This document shows, piece after piece, positions 7,890 to 16,249 of a stretch of 18,320 nucleotides of DNA. The stretch's first letter is position 1, and each line of letters opens with the position of its first letter. Below the pieces are notes generated by a model, which saw nothing but the letters and a program-made list of their open reading frames with translations, had not been told where the DNA came from and made no database searches. Source of the DNA: a bacterium. GTDB taxonomy: Bacteria > Zhuqueibacterota > Zhuqueibacteria > Oceanimicrobiales > Oceanimicrobiaceae. The position numbers and the translations under genes are program-made. The stretch spans positions 1-18,320 of the forward strand of contig JBHHYI010000085.1 of NCBI GenBank assembly GCA_046757525.1, in the 5' to 3' direction.

Positions 7890-9344
7890 TCAAACCTTGC
7901 GTTGTTTCCAGTGCCCGCGGCGGAAGATGATCATGCCGGCGACGCCAATCATGGATTCTGCCGTGATAATGGCCAGGAAGACGCCTCTTTCTTCCAATCC
8001 CAGCGGCAAGGCCAGGATATAGGCCAGGGGAATCTCCAACAGCCAGAAGCAGAAGAAATTCATGATGGTCGGCGTGGTGGTGTCGCCAGCGCCGTTAAAC
8101 GCCTGCACCATGACCATGCCATAGGCATAAAACAAGTACCCGTAACTGATAAAACGCAGGCAGTCCGTGCCAATGGCCACGACTGCGGGTTCGCTGGTAA
8201 AAAGTCGGACCAGGAACTCAGAAAACGAGATGAAGATAATGGCAATCGCTCCTAAAAAGAGCATATTGATGAATCCGGACACCCATACGGAACGTTCTGC
8301 CCGCTCAGGTTTCTGAGCGCCGAGATTTTGCCCCACCAGGGTGGCGGCCGCGTTGCTCATCCCCCAGGAAGGCAGGATGGAAAAGATGATGATGCGCACC
8401 GCAATGGTGTACCCGGCCAGGGCCTCGCTGCCAAAAACCGCCATAATACGCATCAAGCCGATCCAGCTTGAAGTTGAAATCAAGAATTGACCGATGCCGC
8501 CCAGTGAGAGACGCAGCAAGCGCTTCATCACGTCCAGGTCCACTCTCAACTGCTTGCGAGTGACGCGGACGCGACTGTTGCGGCGTCCCAACATCATCAG
8601 TTGAAACAAAACGCCGATGCCGCGGCCGATGGTGGTTGCCACGGCGGCCCCTGCCACACCTAATTCGGGGAAAGGCCCTAATCCGAAAATCAGGCAAGGG
8701 TCAAGAACGATGTTGATGAAATTTGCCAGCCACAAAACTCGCATGGAAATGGCCGCATCGCCAGCACCGCGAAACACCGCGTTGATGATGAACAAGAGCA
8801 TGATGATGGTGTTGCCGCCGATTAAGACCGCCGTGTAGCGATGACCTGAGGTGACAATGTGTGCCGAGGCGCCCATGAGTTCCAGCAAATTGGGTGCAAA
8901 CAGAATCGCGAGCGTTGCAACTGGCAGAGACACCGCAAGCCCCACACCAATGGCCTGCACAGCCGCAACGGAGGCCCCTTCAGGATTCTTCTCCCCGATT
9001 CGACGGGCCACAATCGCGGTGGTGGCCATGGCCAGGCCGATGGCGATGGCGTAAACGATGGTCAGCATCGACTCGGTCAGGCCGACGGTTGCCACTGCCT
9101 CAGCGCCGAGCTTTGAGACGAAGAAAATGTCGACCACGGCAAACACCGACTCCATGACCATCTCCAGCACCATGGGGACGGAGAGCAATAGAATGGCCCG
9201 CCCGATGCTGCCTTCGGTGAAATCTTGCTGCGATCCGGCAATGGATTCGCGAATATCTTTCCACAGATTCAACAGACGGCTGCCTGTTGGTGCCTCAACA
9301 ACCGCCGAAACCGTTGTGGGACTCCTGTCTAATAATTTTTTCAT
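7890..9344 (-). CDS. MATE-family efflux transporter
   Basis: About 12 hydrophobic segments in two repeats. [63 protein letters not shown]. Confidence 0.95.
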   Translation of the reverse strand: MKKLLDRSPTTVSAVVEAPTGSRLLNLWKDIRESIAGSQQDFTEGSIGRAILLLSVPMVLEMVMESVFAVVDIFFVSKLGAEAVATVGLTESMLTIVYAIAIGLAMATTAIVARRIGEKNPEGASVAAVQAIGVGLAVSLPVATLAILFAPNLLELMGASAHIVTSGHRYTAVLIGGNTIIMLLFIINAVFRGAGDAAISMRVLWLANFINIVLDPCLIFGLGPFPELGVAGAAVATTIGRGIGVLFQLMMLGRRNSRVRVTRKQLRVDLDVMKRLLRLSLGGIGQFLISTSSWIGLMRIMAVFGSEALAGYTIAVRIIIFSILPSWGMSNAAATLVGQNLGAQKPERAERSVWVSGFINMLFLGAIAIIFISFSEFLVRLFTSEPAVVAIGTDCLRFISYGYLFYAYGMVMVQAFNGAGDTTTPTIMNFFCFWLLEIPLAYILALPLGLEERGVFLAIITAESMIGVAGMIIFRRGHWKQRKV

Positions 9345-9476
9345 GACAACTTCTCAGTTTAAACCTTACTATACTGTTGAACACGGAAAAGGGTTTCGTA
9401 CCTTTAACGCCTCACAGCAGATTATTGAATGGTGAAAGTGAAAGGTTGGAAAAGGAAAGATAATTCGCTTAACACG

Positions 9477-9522
9477 AAACAAACAAAGAATCCATCCGAA
9501 AGTTGGCGAGAACTGAATGGAC
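9477..9522 (-). terminator. Terminator-like hairpin in the MATE 5' leader
   Basis: Minus strand GTCCATTC-AGTT-ctcgcc-AACT-ttc-GGATGGAT followed by TCTTTGTTTGTTT. Lies about 130 nt upstream of the MATE start and downstream of its promoter. Confidence 0.6.
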
Positions 9523-9527
9523 AAGGT

Positions 9528-9539
9528 TCAGGCGTGCAT
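9528..9539 (-). CDS. 3-aa upstream ORF (MHA*) in the MATE leader
   Basis: ATG CAC GCC TGA, preceded by AGGGAATCAGGTC and enclosed in hairpin ACAGGG-aa-TCAGG/CCTGA-a-CCTTGT. Translation is unproven. Confidence 0.25.
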   Translation of the reverse strand: MHA

Positions 9540-9596
9540 GACCTGATTCCCTGTAATGCAAGAGGTGCCGGTTATTAAAGTCCGCTGCTAAGCGAG

Positions 9597-9644
9597 CTAT
9601 CTGCCCCAATACTTCACAGTGGTGTTTGGCAAATCTACTTGCAT
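9597..9644 (-). CDS. Putative leader peptide MQVDLPNTTVKYWGR (15 aa)
   Basis: Strong SD AAGGGAGG ending 6 nt upstream of ATG 9644 (alternative in-frame ATG at 9650). First ORF after a good promoter; too short for the ORF track. Confidence 0.6.
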   Translation of the reverse strand: MQVDLPNTTVKYWGR

Positions 9645-9689
9645 ATTCATCCTCCCTTGGTTTCGTTGGCGATCGTTCAATGAACCGCT

Positions 9690-9717
9690 AATATAACAAA
9701 AGTTATGTAATATGCAA
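9690..9717 (-). promoter_or_regulatory. Sigma70 promoter with extended -10 and overlapping palindrome, driving the MATE leader
   Basis: TTGCAT (9717-9712), 16-nt spacer, TGtTATATT (-10 at 9695-9690). Inverted repeat ATAAC-N4-GTTAT at 9693-9706. Confidence 0.65.
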
Positions 9718-9840
9718 CAGGAATCTCAAGAATTGCGTGACAAGCTGCAAAATTCAGGAACGCGCTAAGAGTGAAGAATCGTAAACGTTCCAGGGTTTCA
9801 TGAGTTCAATTTTCCGTCACCACGCCAAATTGCGAGGCGC

Positions 9841-12800
9841 TCACCGCAGCACCGCCAGCTTACCCATGGCCTTGTTGCCCTCGCCCACGACGTAAAAGAT
9901 GTAAATCCCGGAAGCCACCAGGTCGCCAGATTGGTCCTTCAGGTCCCATTGCACGCCGCCGTTGCCGTCGTTTTCCTCCAGGGTGCGCAGCAGTTTACCG
10001 GAGGCGTCGAGAATTCTCACCGTGGCTTTTCCGGTCAGGCCGGCGATGGTGACGAAATCCCGGCCCGAATCGCTGCGGTAAGGATTGGGGTAGGCAAACA
10101 CGTGCTTGAGATCCGGGCTGCTAAATATGAGGGAAGCGGTGTCTCCTTGCCCCACTTCGACGGCTGTGCCCTGCCGATCTTTCACGTTGCGCACGGTGAC
10201 GAAGTAATCGATTCCAAAAGGCCCGATCGGGGACTTTGAATCAATCGTCAAGATGACGACTTTGGGGTCGTCACTGCTCAAAGTGGCGGCGGCGACCTTA
10301 ATGTTGGGTTCGATGCGGTAATGCTCCCGGTTAGCAGCAGACGCTGCATCCAGCGGTTCGCTAAACTCCAATACAAGCTGCTCAGCGGAGGCCAGCGTGG
10401 CGTTGACCAGGTAAGGCGCCTGGTCCTGAGCCTCAACCTGGAATTGGGCTGAATTGCGCAGGGTGTCGATGGGCGTGCCGTCCAGGTCGAAAACCTCCCG
10501 AACCGACACGGTGTAACTGCCGGGTTGCAACTCCACTGGACTGGTCAGGATGACTTCTTTGCCGGAACGGTGCAGCACGGCAGAAGTGGGTGTGCCGATG
10601 CCTGCAATCCCGTAGTTGGTTTGGTCCTTCACGGAGGCGTCCATTGGCTCGCTGAAAACAAGTTGCACCTGGTTGGTGGCCAGCGCAGATGCTTCCTGCA
10701 GAAATGGTTTCGCCCCGGGCTTTACTCGTAAGGTGGAAGTAGGCAAACTTTCCCGCGGGGTCAGCGAAGAATCGATTGCCGTCACCCTGTACCAGTAGGC
10801 CACTTCGGTTGCAACCGAACGGTCCAAGAAAGCCAGGGATTGCACCTGGCTCAGAAGCGTGAGATTTTGGGGATCGGTGCCACGATACACGCGAAAGCCG
10901 TCCACGTTTGTAGAAGATTGCCAGCTTAGCGCCACCAAATTCAGATCCAGTGGCCGGGCTGCAAACGCCAGCGGCGTCGGCGGGCCGTGGAAGTCAGACT
11001 GGAACTGGTAGCCTGCCACCTGTTCGCCGGTGTTGAAATAGAATTCGTTGCGCCCATTTTGGTCGAAGTCGCCGACGATGGTGGAATTGCTGCGATTGGG
11101 AGCAGCGTGCCAGACCACCCGGTAGTTCGAGACGGTGGGTTCGAAATCCACCAGGTAGAAGTCGGGAAAAACGTTGATGAGGATTTCCGGGCGACCGTCG
11201 TTGTCCACGTCGCCGGAGGCCACGCCGCTGTCAAAATCGGCGGGCGATTGGAAGCCGAAAAACGCCTGTTGCCACACCACTGCAAACGCGTCGTCCGCAA
11301 CTTTCTTGTACACGCGGTAAAGCCAGTGGCGGCTGTCAAAGGTGCTTTCTGTGTTCAAAGTGGGGTCGGAGTGGCTTCCGACCACAAACTCGGGCACGCC
11401 ATCGCCGTCGTAGTCGCCTTGAGCGAGGAAGTCGATGGTGTCGATGAGGGGCAGGCTGTCAGACCAGGTGAAAGCGTAGCGGTTGTCGCCACGATTTTCG
11501 TAAATGTAGACGTCGCCGTCAAAGTCACCCATGAGGATTTCCGACTGGCCGTCGCCATCGAAATCGCCAATCTCGGAATGGGGCACACCGACGAAGTTCG
11601 TACCATTCGTCGGATTGGGAAAGGAATCGACCAGGGCGTACTGGTTGTCGCCGGTGGTTTCCCAGACCGTGAACAGGTCGGCGACTCTGAGGATGATTTC
11701 TCCCAGACCGTCGCGATCTAAGTCGCTGAAGCGGCTGGCCCAGATTTCGTTGGTGTCGGCCCAGACGATGTGCTCAGGGAAGGCGTTTGGTGAGGTGGCT
11801 TCAAAGATGTAGCTGGTGGGGCCGGCGCCGGCCAGAATCTCCGACCTGCCGTCGCCGTCTGAGTCGCCCCAATCGCGCGGAATGAAAATGCCCTGGGTCG
11901 AAAAAACCTCGGTGAAAGCATTCTGACTGTATTCGAATATTTTCAAGGGACCAAAACTGAAGTTTTCACGGTATTCATTCTCGATGACTTCCAGCAAGCC
12001 ATCGTTGTCAAAATCGGACACCTTGCTGAGCAGATTTCCTGAAGGCAGAGAATACTCGAGCCTGGCGAAAGCGCCGCCTCCGACTGGTGGCGCGCTCAAG
12101 TCCAGGAGAAAATAGTTGCCGAAATTGTCGTCGTCGGTGACCAGAGCCGCACGGTTTACCACCCGAATGAAATATTCCACCATTCCGTTCAAAACTTCCT
12201 GGGTGAAATTGACCCGGTGGGTAGTGGTTTGAAAGCGCAGCTTTTCTTCTTCAAACGGTGCCGAGCTGCCCTGTGGGCGAAAAAGCAGGGAGGCATCGCA
12301 GAGGTCGTCTGTGTCGAATTCGATTAAGACGCTGGGCTTGTCCCCGTCCAGCATGGGGGTCTGGCGCACGTTGGAGACCACGGGTGGAGTTCGGTCGATG
12401 AAGAACCGGACTTTGTCCTCAACGGCGGTGCCGTTTTTGTTTTGCACCAGCAGCCGTAGCGTGTAGAGCGTGTCGCTCAGAGAGCTGATGTCCAGGTCTG
12501 TCAAATGGCCCGAAATGACTTGGCGATTCTCTTGGCGAAAGATTTCGCTCCATTCCTCCGGGGTTTCCCCCACGCCGATCTCGAGTGCGAATTCTTGCAA
12601 GAAAGTGCCGGCAGCCGTGCCTTGAATCTCGATCGGGCCGGTGGCAAAGCCCTGGTCCACTCGCGGCTGCGAGATGAGCGCCATGGAAAAATAGGGGGAT
12701 TGCAGCGCCTTCAAGGCGTCGATTCTTCCGGCAGCAAAGAAGTTGTCCCAGCCGGCCGAACCCAAATCGGCAGCCGAAGAGGTGATCAGCCCTTTCACCG

Positions 12801-14055
12801 ATTCGTTGGACAACTCTGGAGTTTTGGACAGGATTAAAGCGGCCAACGCCGAGACGTAGGGCGCCGAAGCCGACGTGCCGCCGAAGTTGCCGTATTGGTT
12901 GTCCCGCTTTGTCGTCAACACGTTCACGCCCGGGGCGACCACGTCCACGCTGGAACCGTAGTTGGAAAAGCCGGCCAAATTGTCGTCTTCGTTGGTGGCT
13001 CCCACGGAAATGGTTAGCGAAAACCCGGACGGAAAGTGAATCTTATCGGTGGCAGAGTTGCCGGCGGAGGCCACCAGCACGCAGTTTTGCTCGTGCGCAA
13101 AGTCGATTACGTCTCGCAGCAACGGGGAGGCGACCACGTCGCCGAAGCTCATGTTGATGATGCGGGCGCCGTTTTCCACGGCGTAGACGATGGCCGAAGC
13201 GACGTCGTCCTCTTCCAGAAAACCCAGGCTGGTGCCGGCGCGCAGGTTCATGATGCGGCAGCCAAAGGCCAGCCCGGCCACGCCGAGCTCATTGTTGCCG
13301 GTGGCCCCAATGATGCCGGCCACTGAAGTGCCGTGGCCATTCTCGTCGAACGGGTCGTTGTCCGGCTGCTGGAAATCGCCGCCGTCAGGGAAAGTCGGTG
13401 CGTCGGTAAAGTCCCAGCCGCGGATGTCGTCCACAAAGCCGTTGCCGTCGTCGTCGATGCCGTTGAAGTCGGTGGAGTCCACGCGTCCGTTTGCGTTGAG
13501 GTCCTCGCCGGAATTGAGCCACAAGGCGTCGCGCAGATCTTCGTGGCGGTAATCGATCCCCGTGTCGATGAGTCCCACGATGACGTCTGCAGAGGCGCGT
13601 TGCAGGTCCCAGGCTTGTTCCGCGTTGACCGCCTGCAAGGCCCACTGCTGTTGGAACAGGGAATCGTTGGGGGTAAAATCGAGCCAGTGCAGGTAGTTGG
13701 GCTGCACGTATTCCACATTCGGATCATCCTGGAAAGCGGCGACAATGGCCGGCACATTTGTTTTTTCTGCAAAACTCACTTTGACGATTTGCTTCAGTCT
13801 GCGCGTCTGGACTGTACCGGACCGCCCCGACCTTGCCTGAAACAACGGCTGGATTCGCTGTGCACCAAGGGGTTTGCTCAGCGCATCCAGGGAAGCCACG
13901 CCAAATGTGTTCCCGCCAAAAGTTGACGGTTGCGGCGTGGAATCTTTGAGCTTGATGATGATTTCCCCGGGGACAAATTGAGGCTTTTGGGCCAGAGTTG
14001 AATTGGAGAAGCAGAAGCAGACCAACCCTATTAGGAGTGAAAAACGAGCAGCCAA
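9841..14055 (-). CDS. Large secreted S8 (subtilase) protease with FG-GAP beta-propeller, Fn3/Ig-like domains and C-terminal FlgD-Ig/T9SS type A-like domain
   Basis: TTG start with AAGGA RBS, signal peptide and propeptide (NVEYVQPNY). Triad IDTG / HGTSVAG / GTSASAP, oxyanion SAGN. Seven xDxDxDG-type motifs, Fn3 (WYRVTAID), two FSEP-type Ig repeats, and a C-terminus AYPNPY...WDLKDQSGDLVASGIYIF. Confidence 0.93.
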   Translation of the reverse strand: MAARFSLLIGLVCFCFSNSTLAQKPQFVPGEIIIKLKDSTPQPSTFGGNTFGVASLDALSKPLGAQRIQPLFQARSGRSGTVQTRRLKQIVKVSFAEKTNVPAIVAAFQDDPNVEYVQPNYLHWLDFTPNDSLFQQQWALQAVNAEQAWDLQRASADVIVGLIDTGIDYRHEDLRDALWLNSGEDLNANGRVDSTDFNGIDDDGNGFVDDIRGWDFTDAPTFPDGGDFQQPDNDPFDENGHGTSVAGIIGATGNNELGVAGLAFGCRIMNLRAGTSLGFLEEDDVASAIVYAVENGARIINMSFGDVVASPLLRDVIDFAHEQNCVLVASAGNSATDKIHFPSGFSLTISVGATNEDDNLAGFSNYGSSVDVVAPGVNVLTTKRDNQYGNFGGTSASAPYVSALAALILSKTPELSNESVKGLITSSAADLGSAGWDNFFAAGRIDALKALQSPYFSMALISQPRVDQGFATGPIEIQGTAAGTFLQEFALEIGVGETPEEWSEIFRQENRQVISGHLTDLDISSLSDTLYTLRLLVQNKNGTAVEDKVRFFIDRTPPVVSNVRQTPMLDGDKPSVLIEFDTDDLCDASLLFRPQGSSAPFEEEKLRFQTTTHRVNFTQEVLNGMVEYFIRVVNRAALVTDDDNFGNYFLLDLSAPPVGGGAFARLEYSLPSGNLLSKVSDFDNDGLLEVIENEYRENFSFGPLKIFEYSQNAFTEVFSTQGIFIPRDWGDSDGDGRSEILAGAGPTSYIFEATSPNAFPEHIVWADTNEIWASRFSDLDRDGLGEIILRVADLFTVWETTGDNQYALVDSFPNPTNGTNFVGVPHSEIGDFDGDGQSEILMGDFDGDVYIYENRGDNRYAFTWSDSLPLIDTIDFLAQGDYDGDGVPEFVVGSHSDPTLNTESTFDSRHWLYRVYKKVADDAFAVVWQQAFFGFQSPADFDSGVASGDVDNDGRPEILINVFPDFYLVDFEPTVSNYRVVWHAAPNRSNSTIVGDFDQNGRNEFYFNTGEQVAGYQFQSDFHGPPTPLAFAARPLDLNLVALSWQSSTNVDGFRVYRGTDPQNLTLLSQVQSLAFLDRSVATEVAYWYRVTAIDSSLTPRESLPTSTLRVKPGAKPFLQEASALATNQVQLVFSEPMDASVKDQTNYGIAGIGTPTSAVLHRSGKEVILTSPVELQPGSYTVSVREVFDLDGTPIDTLRNSAQFQVEAQDQAPYLVNATLASAEQLVLEFSEPLDAASAANREHYRIEPNIKVAAATLSSDDPKVVILTIDSKSPIGPFGIDYFVTVRNVKDRQGTAVEVGQGDTASLIFSSPDLKHVFAYPNPYRSDSGRDFVTIAGLTGKATVRILDASGKLLRTLEENDGNGGVQWDLKDQSGDLVASGIYIFYVVGEGNKAMGKLAVLR

Positions 14056-14095
14056 ATTACAATCCTTAGTGAAGATTCTGTCGTAGTCGATTCGG

Positions 14096-16057
14096 TTAAA
14101 GTCGAAATCCCAGGAGATTCCAATAATTCAAAAACAGGACAAAGAGGAGCGCGGTAATCGAAGTCAGCGAATAGTGCAATCTACCCCAAAACGACCCGTA
14201 CCGGTTTTTCCAGGCTGCAAACGTAAACACAGGCAAGGCAAATGTCAAAACGGTAGACAACAGTGCGATCCCAAGCAAAGCGAGAATTCTTATCGGCACC
14301 CCATAAATCAATTGATTCTTGTCGAATTGATTGATTATTCCGACCAGAAAGCACAAATTCAGAGCGCATATTGCAACGGATAGCCACTGCCCAACCCGCC
14401 TAAAAGTTTCTCCCTGCCTCGTTGGTCGGTTGGATTTGAGCTGGCGAAGCCATCCGAACTTTTGTGCTGGCCAGGTCAAGGCCCCGAGTAAAAAAATGAC
14501 CAGAAACGCCTGGATCAGCCATGGCTGTGAAGCAAGGGAATCGACATCGTTCATTTTTTCCAGGGTGATCGGCATATCCCGCATCATGAACATGTGGGTG
14601 ATGCGTCCATCTTTGTTTTCTTTAAACGACAGGAATGCCTCTCTGTTCAATCTTTTGAACAGCAGGGGAGCCGTTTGCACCCAGCGACCTGAAAACGCAT
14701 TCAAAGTACCATCGTCGTTTGCGGTCAACGAGATTTCGCGCCGCTTACCTTGTAAGAGCGAGAACTTGTAAATGGACTTCACCGGGTAGTCGTAGTAGCG
14801 GTAGCGACCGACAAACCGGCTTAGATCAGCTTTGGCAGTGGTTTTGGCGACCAACGCCGGCGAAGTCGGTTTTGCCGGAAAGTACCGATCGAAGAATTGG
14901 TGCAGGAATTTTTGGTGAATTTCCAGCACCCGGCTATTATAGGCGACGAAAAACCCCATGTTTTTTTGCGGCAGCAGAAACAGCATGCTGGAAAAACCAC
15001 GGCCATTGCCGCTGTGCAAAATCGCGCGCTGGCCGTTGTAACGCGCCTCGTAGAAGCCGTATGCCCAGCCAGGCAGTCGCGGATGGTAGGCAAAATGCTG
15101 CCGGTGCATTTCCTGCGCGGTCGCATCTTGCAAGATGCGACCGCTCTCGTAGCGGCCATTTTGCAAATGAGCAATCAGGAAGCGCGCCATATCTGCCCCG
15201 GTTGAAATCAGGGCCCCGGCCGGCGCCAGATTCAAATGTTCTATTTTAATGCGATAATATTGGCCGTCTCTAAAATAGTACCCACCGGCCAGGTCCTTCA
15301 GCAGGTCGGGGTCCAGGCGAAAGCTGCTCTTTTTCATCTCCAGGGGTTCGAAAATGTTCTGCTCGACAAATTCCGCGAAAGGCATCCCGGAAATCTCTTC
15401 CACCGCAAAGCCCGCCAGGGCAATGCCGTAGTTGGAGTACTGGAACAACGATCCGGGGGGCCGAAGTTGTTCGGGCTTGTGGCTTGCCAGAAAATCGCCA
15501 AGGGTTGGCACGTTGCTGTTGCCTTTTGAGTACATGCCGATAGGTTGCCGGTCCAAACCGCTGGTGTGGGTCAAAAGGTCGGCAAACGTTATGGGGCGAT
15601 CGTATTTTTCTGCAATTTGAAATCGGTGCAAATAATGGTTGACGTCGTCCTGCAAATTGAGCAGTCCGCGTTCCTTGAGTTGCATGACGGCGGTAGCCGT
15701 GACCAGCTTCGAAATTGAAGCCACTCGGAAAAGCGTTTTTTCAGGCAGGACCGGAGCCCGATTTTCCAGGTCGGCGAAACCGTATCCCTTCTGAAAAAAG
15801 ACCGCACCATTTTTGACAAAAACAAAAACAGCGCCAGGGATGTGCCATCTCTGCATGTTTTCTTGCAGCAACGCATCCAGGAAAAGCTCCAGGTCTTTCG
15901 GATCGGTTGGCCCGGCCACAGCACTCCTGGCCGGAACCAGGTCGTGGACCACCGCCAACATTTCTTGAGCTGTGCTGTGTGCCACCAGAGTCAACAAAGC
16001 GATCAATGCGCCTGCATGGCGTATCGCCATCGGCGAGAGCGTTCTTTTTCGGCTCAT
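14096..16057 (-). CDS. Beta-lactamase-family (class C-like/S12) serine hydrolase with C-terminal transmembrane domain
   Basis: FRVASISK (SxxK), LLTHTSG, YSN, PAGALIST..DMARF, HSGN. N-terminal signal peptide and about four C-terminal hydrophobic helices. AAAGGA RBS; 40 nt upstream of the subtilase gene (probable operon). Confidence 0.9.
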   Translation of the reverse strand: MSRKRTLSPMAIRHAGALIALLTLVAHSTAQEMLAVVHDLVPARSAVAGPTDPKDLELFLDALLQENMQRWHIPGAVFVFVKNGAVFFQKGYGFADLENRAPVLPEKTLFRVASISKLVTATAVMQLKERGLLNLQDDVNHYLHRFQIAEKYDRPITFADLLTHTSGLDRQPIGMYSKGNSNVPTLGDFLASHKPEQLRPPGSLFQYSNYGIALAGFAVEEISGMPFAEFVEQNIFEPLEMKKSSFRLDPDLLKDLAGGYYFRDGQYYRIKIEHLNLAPAGALISTGADMARFLIAHLQNGRYESGRILQDATAQEMHRQHFAYHPRLPGWAYGFYEARYNGQRAILHSGNGRGFSSMLFLLPQKNMGFFVAYNSRVLEIHQKFLHQFFDRYFPAKPTSPALVAKTTAKADLSRFVGRYRYYDYPVKSIYKFSLLQGKRREISLTANDDGTLNAFSGRWVQTAPLLFKRLNREAFLSFKENKDGRITHMFMMRDMPITLEKMNDVDSLASQPWLIQAFLVIFLLGALTWPAQKFGWLRQLKSNRPTRQGETFRRVGQWLSVAICALNLCFLVGIINQFDKNQLIYGVPIRILALLGIALLSTVLTFALPVFTFAAWKNRYGSFWGRLHYSLTSITALLFVLFLNYWNLLGFRL

Positions 16058-16249
16058 GTCAATTCCTTTCTACCCGCTTCCTGTTCGATTATCGATCACT
16101 TTTTGCTTTTTCGGACAAAACTAAAGCGTAAGAGGGAACAAATGGGCAAATCGCAAGTATTCAAACAAAAATTATACCAGAACGATCATTCAAAACTCAA
16201 TTTCACCCCTTGATTATCTTGAGATTTTTTTTATTTTACTGAGAAAACA

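Noticed and set aside
9558..9600. AGAGGTGC..TATTAAAGT on the plus strand resembling a lysine riboswitch 5' end; ACCGG on the minus strand recalling guanidine-IV
   Set aside because: The lysine-like match is on the wrong strand for any gene and lacks downstream GCCGAA/ACTGTC motifs. The terminator loop lacks the CCGG-like sequence I would expect for guanidine-IV.
9597..9644. Leader ORF as a RiPP precursor or type I toxin
   Set aside because: No modifying enzyme (radical SAM, P450, YcaO, lanthionine synthetase) in the window, and the peptide lacks a hydrophobic TM helix.
10987..11721. 244-aa plus-strand ORF (and others at 13333-13926 and 14719-15249)
   Set aside because: Antisense shadows of the subtilase and serine hydrolase genes, with no motif support.
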